A stretch of DNA of 64,000 nucleotides from an uncultured bacterium (lineage in GTDB: Bacteria > Chloroflexota > UBA5177 > JANWHV01): positions 928,001 to 992,000 of the forward strand of contig CAVSOU010000008.1 in NCBI GenBank assembly GCA_963729625.1, read 5' to 3'. Below the pieces are notes generated by a model. That model was not told the DNA's origin. It saw only the letters and a program-made list of their open reading frames with translations, and searched no databases. The position numbers and the translations under genes are program-made. Shown piece by piece: positions 21,462 through 31,630 of this stretch. Each line of letters starts with the position of its first letter. Position 1 is the stretch's first letter.

Positions 21462-21683
21462 CGGTGTCGCGCCAATTGCTGTCGATCGACTGCCCCTTCT
21501 CCGGTTGGGACGGATTGATGTGCACTCTCCGCACATGTGCCGTACGTGCACGGCGCGGTCCCTGCCCTCCGCGTGATCGCCGCAGTATACCGCCGGCGAC
21601 GTGCCGCAGTTTTCGACGGGCACCTTTGGTCCTTCCTCCGGCGAATCGCCGCTCCTCGGCTTCGGGAGACCCTACGCGAACGC

Positions 21684-21717
21684 AGCATAACACGATGCCA
21701 TTAGGTGACCATTAGGC
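21684..21717 (-). promoter_or_regulatory. Tandem-repeat promoter element, copy 5
   Basis: Minus strand GCCTAATG-gtc-ACCTAATG-gcatcg-TGT-TATGCT upstream of pbpC-A2M. Confidence 0.85.
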
Positions 21718-22059
21718 GGCTACGCCACATATAGGCCGCCATCTGCGGTCGCTACCGGACGCACGCACGCTCGTCTGATTCCGCCTGTTCGTGGGGCGTG
21801 AGCTGTTCACGCAGGTCACACCCACCGGTGACGGCCTCTGCGGCACCTCAGACCATAGGCACAGTCGAGCTGGTCGAGCAAATACGATCTGCATCATGAC
21901 AAGCGTGGCCAGCCGACGACGCGCTCGGCGTGCAACCCGGAGCGTCGGTGCGGTGACTCCGTACCAACGGCGGTTGCGGGGCACGGAGCACTGCGGCGAT
22001 CGGCCATCAGCGCCTTGAGATATCTCGGAGTCGGCGCGCGCGGTCCGGTATGCTGGTGG

Positions 22060-22799
22060 CTACCCCCACACCGGCCCGTGAGGCGTGATTCCGGTCGCCT
22101 GGGCGCTCGCTCGGTCGCCGCTCTTACCGACGACTACCACCATGACCGCGTACTTGTTGGAGGATGCTTGGATATCGAACGTGAGCGTCGGACGCTCGAA
22201 CGCGCCAGCACTGTCGGTTGTCCCTTGCCGGCGATAGACGTTCGTCTGCGTCACCCCAGTCGTGTCTGGAGCGATTACGGTGTACGCCACGGTGATGCCT
22301 TCCATGGGTACGAAGCCCTTGCCAGACAGCTGGCAGGCGATCTCACTCGCGCTACTATGCGCGCAGGCAAAGAACAGCCGTGGGCGTGCCGAGGGTATGC
22401 TGGCACTGGCAAAGTCGCCGTCGTCCCCGGCCACCGTGGCGGTAATGCGGTAGCCCGGATAGGAAGCGTCGAGCATGAAGTAGAATGCGGGCCGCAGGAA
22501 GCTGCCCTGCGTGTCGACCACACCGCGGCGCTGATAGGTGGGTCTTCTGCGCGCTCGGTCCACCAACACCCACGGTGACGATGTACGTGATCGAGATCCC
22601 TTCTGCGGCGACGAACCCGCTCCCCGAGATCTGGCAGGCAGCCGACGTGCCAGCCCGAGACGGCGCACGCGAGGGTGACATGCGGGCCGGCTGCCGCGGC
22701 GCCGGCAACGCCAATAAGGGATGGCAGTAGTACAACCGCGGAGAGCGCCGCGCATACCTGGAGCGCGAGCCTGCGTGCCGCACAACGCGATTTGACCAT
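22060..22799 (-). CDS. Secreted protein with two tandem beta-rich repeats; two apparent +1 frameshifts
   Basis: GGAGG-ATG 22799, signal peptide; repeats ACQ(I/L)SG.GFV..EGI...Y...Y.R.G..D..G.F.RP spread over three frames. Confidence 0.65.
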
Positions 22800-23172
22800 A
22801 GCGCACCTCCATGTACCTGGACCTGACAGGGTGAAGACGGACCTTCGACTTGCCTTACATGCAACCTCCAGCTTCGGCATGATGGCGGCGTGCGGGAGCC
22901 GGCTCCGGCCGGGTGTAGCGGCTTGCGTTCCATCCGCCAGCATGACCGAGCCGTGGCGAGGCCATTCGGGATTGCAGTCGTATGGAAGAGACGAGGCCCC
23001 CCGCGGCCGAATGGGTGGGCGGATGACTCCGCCGCATCGTCGCCGGCATGCCCCGCGAATCATCGCGCGTCGGCTCGGGGTTCCGCCGCAGCGGGTCGGC
23101 GCCAAGCGCGGGACCTATCCTGCCGCTGCGGGATCCGATGCCTGCCGGGCCGTGAGCCGGGCTGGCGCGTGC

Positions 23173-23868
23173 TCACGGCGAGCCGCCCACGTGCCAGGCG
23201 CCGGCAAGGACCGCGACCGCCCCTGCCACGGCTACCAGCCAGAGCCCCGCGCCCGTGCTCACCGACACGTAGCTCGCCAGCCAGCTAAAGCCCGAGCTCT
23301 TGAGCGCCATGGCCGTGGCGTTGACCGCAGCGATGTCGCGTGCCGAGACCGCCAGCAGCCCTGCCCCGAGCACGATCTCGGCCATTCCCAGCCCCACCCT
23401 GCCCTCCTTCCGGCGAGTCCAGGCGAGCAACGGGACCAAAACGAGGGCGCAGCCGAGCATCACCGCATACCAGCCGTCGAGCACCTGCGGGTCGAATCCA
23501 CTCCACGACACCGACGTGGTGGATGTATAGCTGTTGCCGGTGGAATCCTGAGTGTAACTGTTCTTCGCCGCGGTAATCCACGGCGTGAACGCCGCGATCG
23601 CGGCCGTGGCACCGGCCGCCAGGGCGAGCCAGCTTGCCACGGACGCCAGATCGGACCCGGGCACCTCCTCAGTCTGGCCGGGCACGCGGGGCAGCTCGCT
23701 CCTCACCGTCGGCTCCTGGATCTGCCGCCCGTCGGCACGAGGAATATCGACCGTCGTCGTCGCGCCGAGTGGATAGCCGCATGCCCAGCATCGCTGGCGA
23801 TCGCTCCTGTTCAGGTTCGGCGTGCTACAGCGCGGACAGCGCACCTCTTCGTCCATAGCAGCCTCCAT
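23173..23868 (-). CDS. Zinc ribbon plus 4-TM membrane protein (PWITA...LDGWY family)
   Basis: CPRC...CWACG N-terminus; membrane domain aligns by eye with CDS 1728, 52392 and 62557. Confidence 0.8.
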   Translation of the reverse strand: MEAAMDEEVRCPRCSTPNLNRSDRQRCWACGYPLGATTTVDIPRADGRQIQEPTVRSELPRVPGQTEEVPGSDLASVASWLALAAGATAAIAAFTPWITAAKNSYTQDSTGNSYTSTTSVSWSGFDPQVLDGWYAVMLGCALVLVPLLAWTRRKEGRVGLGMAEIVLGAGLLAVSARDIAAVNATAMALKSSGFSWLASYVSVSTGAGLWLVAVAGAVAVLAGAWHVGGSP

Positions 23869-23895
23869 AGAGCCCGGCGTCAGCCTGCTCTTCTC

Positions 23896-24330
23896 CTACG
23901 ACCAACCCTGCCGGTTCATATTCTCGGCCGATTTGTAGGCGTCCACGATGTTCCAGATCCAGAGGATCGGCGTGGTGATGAAGCCGATAACGGCGAGAAT
24001 CAGGATGCAGGAGATCACGCTGAACACGAAGAACAGGATCGCTTTGCCGAATTGCCCGTTGTAGATCTGGCCGAGCCCGGGGATGAAGAATGAGAGCACC
24101 GCTGCCAACCCGGCGCTCTTCTCGTTCCGGACGTAGACCGTTTGGGGCTGGCTCATCGGGGGCGCATAGTACATCGGCGGCGGCGGCGCGCCCCACGATG
24201 GCGCCGGACTCCCCTGCACCGCGTTGGCTGCGACCGCGATCGGCGCGCCGCACTTCTGGCAGAACCTCGCGTCAGCCTGCAGCCTGACGCCGCATTTAGC
24301 GCAGAATTCCGCGCGCGAGTCCTCGTACAC
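23896..24330 (-). CDS. Zinc ribbon plus TM2-like membrane protein
   Basis: AAGGAG then GTG 24330; FCAKCG...FCQKCG; KSAGLAAVLSFFIPGLGQIYNGQFGK TM2-like motif. Confidence 0.85.
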   Translation of the reverse strand: MYEDSRAEFCAKCGVRLQADARFCQKCGAPIAVAANAVQGSPAPSWGAPPPPMYYAPPMSQPQTVYVRNEKSAGLAAVLSFFIPGLGQIYNGQFGKAILFFVFSVISCILILAVIGFITTPILWIWNIVDAYKSAENMNRQGWS

Positions 24331-24421
24331 TGTCGATCTCCTTCCGCCACAGATCTCAGATCCCGGGCCACCGCGTCGCGGCTCCGTTCTGCCGTGCCTG
24401 AAGTGCCCGCTACCGGCACAC

Positions 24422-24455
24422 AGCATAGCAGCCAAGCATTAGGCGGGCATTAGGC
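24422..24455 (-). promoter_or_regulatory. Tandem-repeat promoter element, copy 6
   Basis: Minus strand GCCTAATG-ccc-GCCTAATG-cttggc-TGC-TATGCT upstream of CDS 24330. Confidence 0.88.
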
Positions 24456-24720
24456 GGCGAGCCGCTCGCGGCGGGCGTTGCTTCCATGATCCGGAACGGG
24501 ATGCTGTGCCTCACCACTCCGCAGCGATATCAGCAGGCACGACCGCGGCGACGCTGGTGGCGGGTGTACGGCAGCGCGACGCGATGCGGCCGGGTGCGCC
24601 GGCCACTGGAGATCGCTAGCAGGCATGGCGCGGGCCCCAGAGCGCCGCGCTACTCCGTGGTGCACACAGCAGCCGCGCTACCGGCCTCGGCGCGTGGGGA
24701 CGGTTGAAGCGCGAGACTCT

Positions 24721-25179
24721 TCACGGGGCCGACTTCGACGCCCATGGGGCGCCGGCGGAGGGAGGAATAACGACCTCAAGATCGGGGAGCATGCGCCCAA
24801 GATCCAGCGCGTCGAAGGTCAGCAGGAGGTCGACGCGCAGTTGGGCGTGGGCGCCGATGAGGAAGTCTGCCAGGATACACCGGGGCCAGCCTACCCCGCT
24901 CGCCTGGCGGCGACCCGCATAGCTGCGATAGGATGCCGCCGCAAAGAGCCAGACGTCGCGCGCGAGATCCACCTCCACACCGATCTCGGCGGCTAGGAAG
25001 CGATCGAGCGAGGCCACCTGCATACCCGGCGCGTCCGCGAGCTCCGCGTAAACGGGACCGCTAACCACCAAGCCTACCGAGCCGATGAAACGATCCAGAA
25101 AGGGAACGAGAACCGACGCGCTCGCGCCGTCGCCACGCAGGACCGGCAGGAGCACGTTCGTATCCACGGCAGCAGACAT
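24721..25179 (-). CDS. PIN-domain (VapC-like) toxin
   Basis: AVDTNVLL, VYAEL, LADFLIGAHA, LLTFD motifs. Confidence 0.85.
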   Translation of the reverse strand: MSAAVDTNVLLPVLRGDGASASVLVPFLDRFIGSVGLVVSGPVYAELADAPGMQVASLDRFLAAEIGVEVDLARDVWLFAAASYRSYAGRRQASGVGWPRCILADFLIGAHAQLRVDLLLTFDALDLGRMLPDLEVVIPPSAGAPWASKSAP

Positions 25180-25201
25180 ACGTGTCTATGCCCCCGGCAC
25201 G

Positions 25202-25477
25202 TCAGGGCACGTCATCGCCGGAGCGGATCGCACGCAGGAACGCCGCGTCGTCCGCGGGACCCGTGCCGGCCGGGTGCGGGGCGATCCCGACCACCGTGCG
25301 GAGAGAGGGCCCGGCCGCCGTGCGCCCAGCAGGCAGGACCAGAAGCGAGCCGCGCGTCGTGCGCGCGAACGCGACGCGATCTCCGGGCTGGATGCCGGCC
25401 GCGCGCAGCGTCTCGGCGGGAATCACCACCCCCCGCTCGGACACGGTCACTTCCGGCAGGTTGCTCGCTTGCTGCAT
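25202..25477 (-). CDS. AbrB/MazE-like antitoxin
   Basis: VTVSERGVVIPAETLRAAGIQPGDRVAF swapped-hairpin signature, directly upstream of the PIN gene. Confidence 0.75.
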   Translation of the reverse strand: MQQASNLPEVTVSERGVVIPAETLRAAGIQPGDRVAFARTTRGSLLVLPAGRTAAGPSLRTVVGIAPHPAGTGPADDAAFLRAIRSGDDVP

Positions 25478-25690
25478 CGGCACCCTCTGGACGCGCCCCT
25501 CGGTCCCGGGCGGCGGACACCGACCTGCTGTCAATCCTGCAGCACCGCTGCTCCACGACGGCGTGCGCCTCGCTCGCCTCGAGTATAGCCCAGACAACCA
25601 CTGCAAGATACTATTGCTTATCCTGCACGCATGTGAGGCGTACAGCATAGTGATGCGGCACGCTGTGGTCGAGCTTGCCCCTGCGCCGTC

Positions 25691-25724
25691 GCCTAACGCC
25701 GGCCTAATGGCACGGTGCTATAGT
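25691..25724 (+). promoter_or_regulatory. Tandem-repeat promoter element, copy 7
   Basis: GCCTAACG-ccg-GCCTAATG-gcacgg-TGC-TATAGT upstream of CDS 25824. Confidence 0.88.
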
Positions 25725-25823
25725 GCGCGTGGGGCCACGCCACTCGCCGGTTGCCCCGTGCCAGGCATCGCACCTTGCCGCCCGTTGGACGGCGGCAGAC
25801 GATAGACGGAACAGGAGGCCGCA

Positions 25824-26790
25824 ATGTCTCGAGCCGTGTCAACCTGTCTCTTCATCGCGCTTCTCACGCTCATGGCTCCGTGCTCCCGGGCCGAGGCTGG
25901 CCCGTCAGGGGCGAGCATCGCGGGCGTGCGCGTTTGCACTGCCGGCCATTACGATCACGCTGCATTCTTCTGCAGTCTCTCCGACACCGCGATAAGCGTC
26001 GATGCGTACCCGGCGGCGCGCCTCTCTATCTCGGGGCTGGCCGGGGGCACATTCACGAGCAATACGCTCACGCTTCATGCTGGAGCAGCGCACGGCGGAC
26101 GGGTTCGCAGAGTTGGGGCGGTTGAGCCTGGACGTCGGCCTCGCCGACACCGTCACCACGCTGCAACTGCGCACCGCGTTTACGCGGCTCGGCGTGCAGC
26201 CGCTCGTCGGCACCACGTATCGCGTCGAGGCAGACGAGACGAACGGCAGCCAGCAGCTCCTGCTTGGGGTGGCAGTCTTCGCCCTGCGCGCGGCCGCGCC
26301 GGCCGTCGTCACGTCGGGCGGAACGCAGGCGCTTGTGATCATCAAGCAGTACGGCGCCGCTCTCCGCTCCTATCCATCCAGCGACGCGCCAATCCAGACG
26401 ACGCTCTCCTGCGGCGCCAGGGTGGCGTCATTCGACCTGCAGAACGGCTGGTACCACGTGAGGACCGCCGCCGGTTCCGTGGGCTGGGTGGGCGGCGCGC
26501 GTGCCGCACCGGTCGCCGGCGCCCCGACCTACAACTGCAGCAACGCGATCACCTATCAGGTCGGCACGCGCGTGGTGACGCATGTGGCCAGCGGCTGTCT
26601 GAGCCTGCGGGCCACCCCGTCGCGCCAGGCGACCTACGCCCACTGCGTGCCAAACGGGCACGTCTACGTGATCATCAATGGGCCGATCAGCGTGGCCGGC
26701 GAGGACTGGTTCGGCGTGTTCAGCTCGTCGACCGGAAGCGGGTGGTCCCTGGCGAACTACCTTCTTCTTTACGACACATCCGGTGAGTGA
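25824..26790 (+). CDS. Secreted protein with two C-terminal bacterial SH3-like domains; +1 frameshift near 26075
   Basis: AGGAGG-ATG, signal peptide; LRSYPS...NGWYHVRT...GWV and LSLRATPS...WFGV...GWS SH3b-like patterns in the downstream frame. Confidence 0.7.
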
Positions 26791-26926
26791 GTAGGTAACG
26801 GCCTTCCGCGGGAACGGGAAGCGCGGGAATGGCGATGACCCGCAAGCCCCCGGCGCGCGGTCGGTCCGGCACGTACGTGACCGCCCGTGGCATTCGACAT
26901 ATGTCGCGGCATAAGGCATCAATTCG

Positions 26927-27017
26927 GCAGGAAGCAGGAAGCAGGAAGCAGGAAGCAGGAAGCAGGAAGCAGGAAGCAGGAAGCAGGAAGCAGGAAGCAG
27001 GAAGCAGGGAGCAGGGA
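26927..27017. repeat. 7-bp tandem repeat (GCAGGAA)x11 + (GCAGGGA)x2
   Basis: Directly visible perfect heptamer array in the intergenic region. Confidence 0.97.
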
Positions 27018-27089
27018 GCAGCTCTGGATCGCCCAAAACCCTTAGTGGCAGGCATGGGAACCGGCTGATTGGAGGTGGAATAGGCCGAG

Positions 27090-27417
27090 TCGAGCCACCA
27101 TGCGCCCGCTCTTGCGCCTGTCGCCGCAACCACTCGGGAATGGTAGTCCTCATGCGCTTGGAAGCTTGCTGCCGCAGTTGACGCTGTGCTTCCAGCTTGA
27201 CGAGCTCCATGAGGTCTTCGATAGCCGCGTAGCTCTCGAGTTCATTGCGCTCATCGTCGGTCAGGGTGCCGTCGCGCTCGCCGGCGATCAACGCGTACGC
27301 GCGATCAGCCACGTCCGCGGACGGACGGAAAGCGATGAGTTGCTCAGGCGCTGGATGCTGTGCCAGGAATCGGGCGATCTCCAGCGCGGCCTGTGTCCTC
27401 AGCAGCAACGTCGCAAT
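27090..27417 (-). pseudogene. Small helical hypothetical protein (stop lost) followed by the stub of a probable HNH endonuclease
   Basis: EIARFLAQHPAPEQLIAFRPS...LTDDERNELESY..IEDLMELVK, then MRTTIPEWLRRQAQERAHG, the usual start of HNH genes in this pair, with no CxxC/HNH core following. Confidence 0.55.
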
Positions 27418-27576
27418 CCCCTCTGTGACTGAACCGTTCTCATGGCACCACGCATGACCTGGGTGACGAAGGCCAAGAGTCCTCTGGGAAGGACGTGCGC
27501 CGGCATCAGCCCGGCGTTGGTCGGCTCCCACTTCAATGCCATTCGTGGCTAATCACAGCTACCACCCAAGCAGGCG

Positions 27577-28203
27577 TCAGCGCGCCGGAGCTGCAATGCC
27601 GTACACCTCTCGCACCCGGTTGTTGCGCGCGCTGTCGTGGGACCACGCGAGCGTTAGCATACCGAGCGCCACGTCGGAAACTATCTTATGGACCCTATCG
27701 GTGTGCCTATCCCAGATCCACAGGTTCGCAGTGTCGCTGCTCGTCATCCCGTTTGAGAATGCCAGGAAGCGGCCGTTCGGCGACCAGGCATTGTAGCCCG
27801 ACCTAGGGGCGTCCCCAAGAGGAGGGTAGTAGGGGCTGGATGACCACGCCCCAGCCAGTATCCGAATCGCGCCGCTCAGGACGTTGATGACCGCAAGCTG
27901 TACGTGGGCGGCCTCGATGGCGATCATCGATCCATCCGGAGACCACTGCAGCGCCTGCACACGCCACGGCGTCCGGAGCGCGCGTGCTCGTCCGCCATCA
28001 ATGGACTTGACGTACAGTTTCCCGCCCGTCACGTATGCCAGCAACTGACCAGTTGAAGTTGCCTGCGCTCGAAATTCAGCGCGGGCGATGCCGGCGCCGC
28101 CCATATTGCTCCGGCTCGAGGCTTGGCAAGGCGAGGTATTGACCGCAAGGGCCAACAGCATCGTCACCCACCACCGTGACGACATGCTACACATTTCCAT
28201 CAC
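27577..28203 (-). pseudogene. Truncated secreted TolB/PD40-like propeller protein
   Basis: Signal peptide; WSPDG, WSPNGRFLAF, LWIWD, AWSHDS match the 39-40 kb domain and CDS 43952-45400; stops after about three blades. Confidence 0.7.
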
Positions 28204-28277
28204 TCCTCAACATCCGCCCGGGCGTCGACACCGCAGCGACCTGCCCGCACTCTGCGTCGTGTACGTCACCGCCGCAC

Positions 28278-28311
28278 AGCATAGCAGCACGCCATTAGGC
28301 CGGCATTAGGC
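28278..28311 (-). promoter_or_regulatory. Tandem-repeat promoter element, copy 8
   Basis: Minus strand GCCTAATG-ccg-GCCTAATG-gcgtgc-TGC-TATGCT upstream of CDS 28203. Confidence 0.88.
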
Positions 28312-28366
28312 GGCGCACCCTGCCGCTCCCGCCGACCCCGGCGCACACCCGCCGGATACTTCGCCC

Positions 28367-30325
28367 CTACGGTGTGCTTGCCACGACGGCCACCGCGCGA
28401 TCGTTGCCCCGGTCGAGCTCCGCGATCGCGCCGTCGGGATTGACTACGGCACTGGCTCGCAGCAGGCCGCCGGCCAGGCCACCTGGCACGGTCAGCGTCA
28501 GAACCGCGTCTTCGTAGATTCCCAGCTCGCCCCTGCAGCGCACGACCATGCTGCCGGCGCACGACATGCCGGTTGCGTGCCGCGTCCCGGCATCGCCCGC
28601 GCCCGAGATCCTGCTCTCCAGCAGCACGCCTCCGGCCGGACGGGCGCCGATGTTGCGCACCACGATCGTGAAGCGCGCCCCAACGGCATTCTCCAGCCGT
28701 TGCGCGGTGACCGTCACCGCAAGGTCGGCATACGGCGGCTGCAGCAGGTCCGGGCGCGCTCCCGCGATAACCTGCGCCGCCGCGGCCGGTGTGCGCGTGG
28801 TGCGGCCAAGGGCGAGACCGTGGTTGGCCCCCACGTCGGCAAGTGGGTTGAGGCAGGTGTCTTTGCCGAGCGCGATCGCGCGCGCGAACGGACTCGTACC
28901 CGGCAGGTCCGAGGGCGCCAGCCACTGCGTGTCGATATTCACCGACGAAAGCGCGGGCACGGATGGGCACGGCGCAAACACGTAGTCGCGCGGATTACCT
29001 ATCGTGAGTAAGCGGATCCCGTGGCCGCGAGCTTCCGCGGCGAGCGCCTGGTTGGTAACCTTCGCCCCATACAACACCCGCGAGACGCTCGCCTGCCCGC
29101 CGCGGGGATGCACGTGCGCGGGAATGGTATGGGCGATGGCGTACATCTGCTTCAGATCGCGGAACGGCGGCAGTCCGCCAACCGGCACTTGCGGCAGCAG
29201 CATGGCAGGGCAGTGCGGGCGGTAGTACTTGCTGCTCAGCCACAGCCCGGCCGCGTCGGGTATGCCGCCCAGCGGCGAGTCGATCGTGATAACACCGCCG
29301 AGTCGCCCGCCGTTCGGCAGCTTCCAGCCGAGCTGCTGGCGGAGGAACGCCACGTAGGCCAAGGCGATCAGGCCGCCCTGACTGTGCCCGACCAGGTAGA
29401 CTGTGCCTCCGTGGTGCGTCCGCAGGTAGCCCGAGATCATCTCATCCAGGCGCACCACATCGTCGTCGATAGTATTGGTGAACGTGTCCTGGCAGGCGAA
29501 GCGCGCGGGGTGCCAGCGCCCCTTACCGTCGAAGCTGCCACCGTTGTAGCTGAAAGGAATGAACGCCGGCGCGCGCGCGTGGAGCTTCGAGAGCTCGGCC
29601 TTCACACCCTTCTGGAAGCCGTCGAAATAGCCGTCGCCGCTCCTCGAGAGCACCCCGGGAATTAGGATCACGGCGCGGGGGGCCGGCGCGGGCGGCGCAC
29701 CGACCTGGATCGTGGTGCGGACCCAGCCGCGGTTGTCGCTTGTGTTGTCGCTGTACGCGTCGTCGTTGAAATTGAGCCACAGCGGACCGCTGCGCGGCGC
29801 CGCATGGCGGTAGCGCGAGCCGACGAGGAACACCTTGCGCGCCTCCGGCAGCACGCGCCGCGAGACGTAGCTGCCCGGCCCTGGTGGGTTGTAGCCGATG
29901 TACCCGATCAGCGCCGCCCAATGAGCGACGGCAGTTCGCGCGCACCAACTGCAGACGCCGATGTCGCGCAGATTGAGAAAGTTGTCCTGCGATTTCGACT
30001 GCAGCACCCGGTAGCCATCCGGGCCGGCGCTCGGGCGACCGGTATCGGGCGACCAGGAACCCGCCGCGGTGATCGCGATCCGTTCTCCTTGCCGCACCAT
30101 GAGCCCGGTGTACGCCCAGTGGGCGGAGGCGGTCACCACCATCTGGCGGCGACCGTAGGCGGACGCCGGCGCATCGGCGACGCTCCGGGCGACCTGACTC
30201 TCCACGGTCCTGACGGACGCCGTCGCCGCCGCCGCCGCGGGCAAGCTGGCCGGCGCGAGCGGCGCGATCGCCGTGCCCAGCAGCGCCAGCACGGCAAGCC
30301 AGTGACTGATACTGGTGCTACGCAT
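28367..30325 (-). CDS. Secreted alpha/beta hydrolase (GHSQG) with N-terminal lectin-like and C-terminal CARDB-like domains
   Basis: Signal peptide; W..TG..V..G..I.I.A.G.W...LIG.IG...F.VG...G.LWL.FND (PA-IL-like pattern); VILIPG, LVGHSQGG, ITIDSPLGG; DLAV...VRNIG...VNPDGAIAELDRGND. Confidence 0.78.
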   Translation of the reverse strand: MRSTSISHWLAVLALLGTAIAPLAPASLPAAAAATASVRTVESQVARSVADAPASAYGRRQMVVTASAHWAYTGLMVRQGERIAITAAGSWSPDTGRPSAGPDGYRVLQSKSQDNFLNLRDIGVCSWCARTAVAHWAALIGYIGYNPPGPGSYVSRRVLPEARKVFLVGSRYRHAAPRSGPLWLNFNDDAYSDNTSDNRGWVRTTIQVGAPPAPAPRAVILIPGVLSRSGDGYFDGFQKGVKAELSKLHARAPAFIPFSYNGGSFDGKGRWHPARFACQDTFTNTIDDDVVRLDEMISGYLRTHHGGTVYLVGHSQGGLIALAYVAFLRQQLGWKLPNGGRLGGVITIDSPLGGIPDAAGLWLSSKYYRPHCPAMLLPQVPVGGLPPFRDLKQMYAIAHTIPAHVHPRGGQASVSRVLYGAKVTNQALAAEARGHGIRLLTIGNPRDYVFAPCPSVPALSSVNIDTQWLAPSDLPGTSPFARAIALGKDTCLNPLADVGANHGLALGRTTRTPAAAAQVIAGARPDLLQPPYADLAVTVTAQRLENAVGARFTIVVRNIGARPAGGVLLESRISGAGDAGTRHATGMSCAGSMVVRCRGELGIYEDAVLTLTVPGGLAGGLLRASAVVNPDGAIAELDRGNDRAVAVVASTP

Positions 30326-31547
30326 AGTACTGATCCTTTCGCCGGCCAGGAAGGTGCGCGTCGGGCAGCACGAGCCTGGCCACGCGATCGAGGACCAGCC
30401 CCACCACGATCACGATGCCAATCGCGAGCTGCTGCCAGAATTGGCTGACGCCCGCGAGCAGCAGCTCGTTGGTGAGCGCGGCGACGAGGATGGCCCCAAA
30501 CGCGGCGCCGGCAATGCTCAGCGCGTCTCCGCACAAGAGACCACCGCCTCCGACGACGGCGGCTGCCGCAGCCGGCACGAGATACTCGGAGCCCATACCC
30601 GGATCGAATGCCTGAACCCTGCCGAGCAGCAAAATGCCGGCCACCGCGGCGAGCGTGCCCGCAACCACGTGCGACAGCATAGCCACGGCAGGCGTGCCCG
30701 GTCTTGCGGTGGTCGGCCCGGGCGCTCCACCGGGGCCGGATCCAGGCAGCGCGAGCACTACCGCGGTCAGCACCACCCCTGCCACTAGGGCGGCGCCGAT
30801 CTCCACGAAGCCCGCGTTGTCCCAGGAGAGTGCATCCACTAGGTCCTCGACGAATCTAATAGGATAATCGCTAATCAGTAACGTGATACTGGTGATGGCG
30901 GCCATGCTGCCAAGAGTGATGGTGACCGACGGCAGGCCGAGCACCCCGACCAGCGCTCCGTTCGCGATGCCGCAGGCAACTCCCGCCAGTATCCCGGCGG
31001 CAACCGCGGTGACGCCGGGCTGGCCGTTCGCGGCCATCCACGCGCAGAATCACGCGCTCAGCCCCATGGTGGCGCCGACCGAGAGATCGATGCCGCCGGT
31101 AAACATCACCAGCGCAAGCCCGACGGCCGGCAGGCCGATGATCCCGGCGTCGAAGCCCAGCACTTGCAGGTTGGTCGAGCTAAAGAACAGGTCCGGCTTT
31201 GCGAACGCCAGCAAGACCACGAGCGCGGCGGCCATCGCGCCAAAGCGAAGCGCCATGGCCAGAAGGCTCGCGGGGCTCAACTCCAGCGCGGACGCCCGGT
31301 TGGGCGCGCCGGCTCGCGGAGGCGCGTACTGCCTTGGACCGGTCGGGCGGAGCGCGGCACTCAGGATGGCCGGAGGCTCCGGTCGCCGGCCGGAGGAGGA
31401 TCCTTGTACGTCGCCGCCCGCGGTTCCGCCGTCCGCGGGGTGTCCGGCGGAAATCGCGCGTCCACAGCGCGGGCAGAAGCTCGCCCGAGTCGCGGGAAGC
31501 GGCGACCCGCATCGCCCGCAGAACAGGGCTCTCTCCTCGGTCGTCAT
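30318..31547 (-). CDS. Zinc ribbon plus RbsC-like sugar ABC permease-derived membrane protein; internal TGA at 31050-31052
   Basis: FCGRCG...FCPRCG; GGIDLSVGA, GIANGALVG..GLPS..TLG, AAAVVGG, GVSQFWQ motifs; both halves are in the same frame across the stop. Confidence 0.7.
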
Positions 31548-31594
31548 CGTGCACCATCCCCTCGCAGATGGCTGGCCGACCAGCCGACGACCCA

Positions 31595-31628
31595 AGGCTA
31601 ACAGACCGCCATTAGGCCGGCATTAGGC
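31595..31628 (-). promoter_or_regulatory. Tandem-repeat promoter element, copy 9
   Basis: Minus strand GCCTAATG-ccg-GCCTAATG-gcggtc-TGT-TAGCCT, starting 2 bp after the stop of CDS 31631. Confidence 0.88.
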
Positions 31629-31630
31629 GC

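Noticed and set aside
18630-21518. Long + strand ORFs (541 aa and 401 aa) and similar long antisense ORFs at 22675, 41632 and 56690
   Set aside because: Shadow ORFs opposite well-supported genes in high-GC DNA; no recognisable motifs
26927-27017. CRISPR array or a real FLLPASC-repeat protein
   Set aside because: Pure heptamer tandem without spacers; the peptide repeats in overlapping ORFs are translation artefacts
31050-31052. Selenocysteine or recoded TGA
   Set aside because: Lies in a TM helix at a non-catalytic position, no SECIS evident, and TGA is used as a normal stop throughout the window
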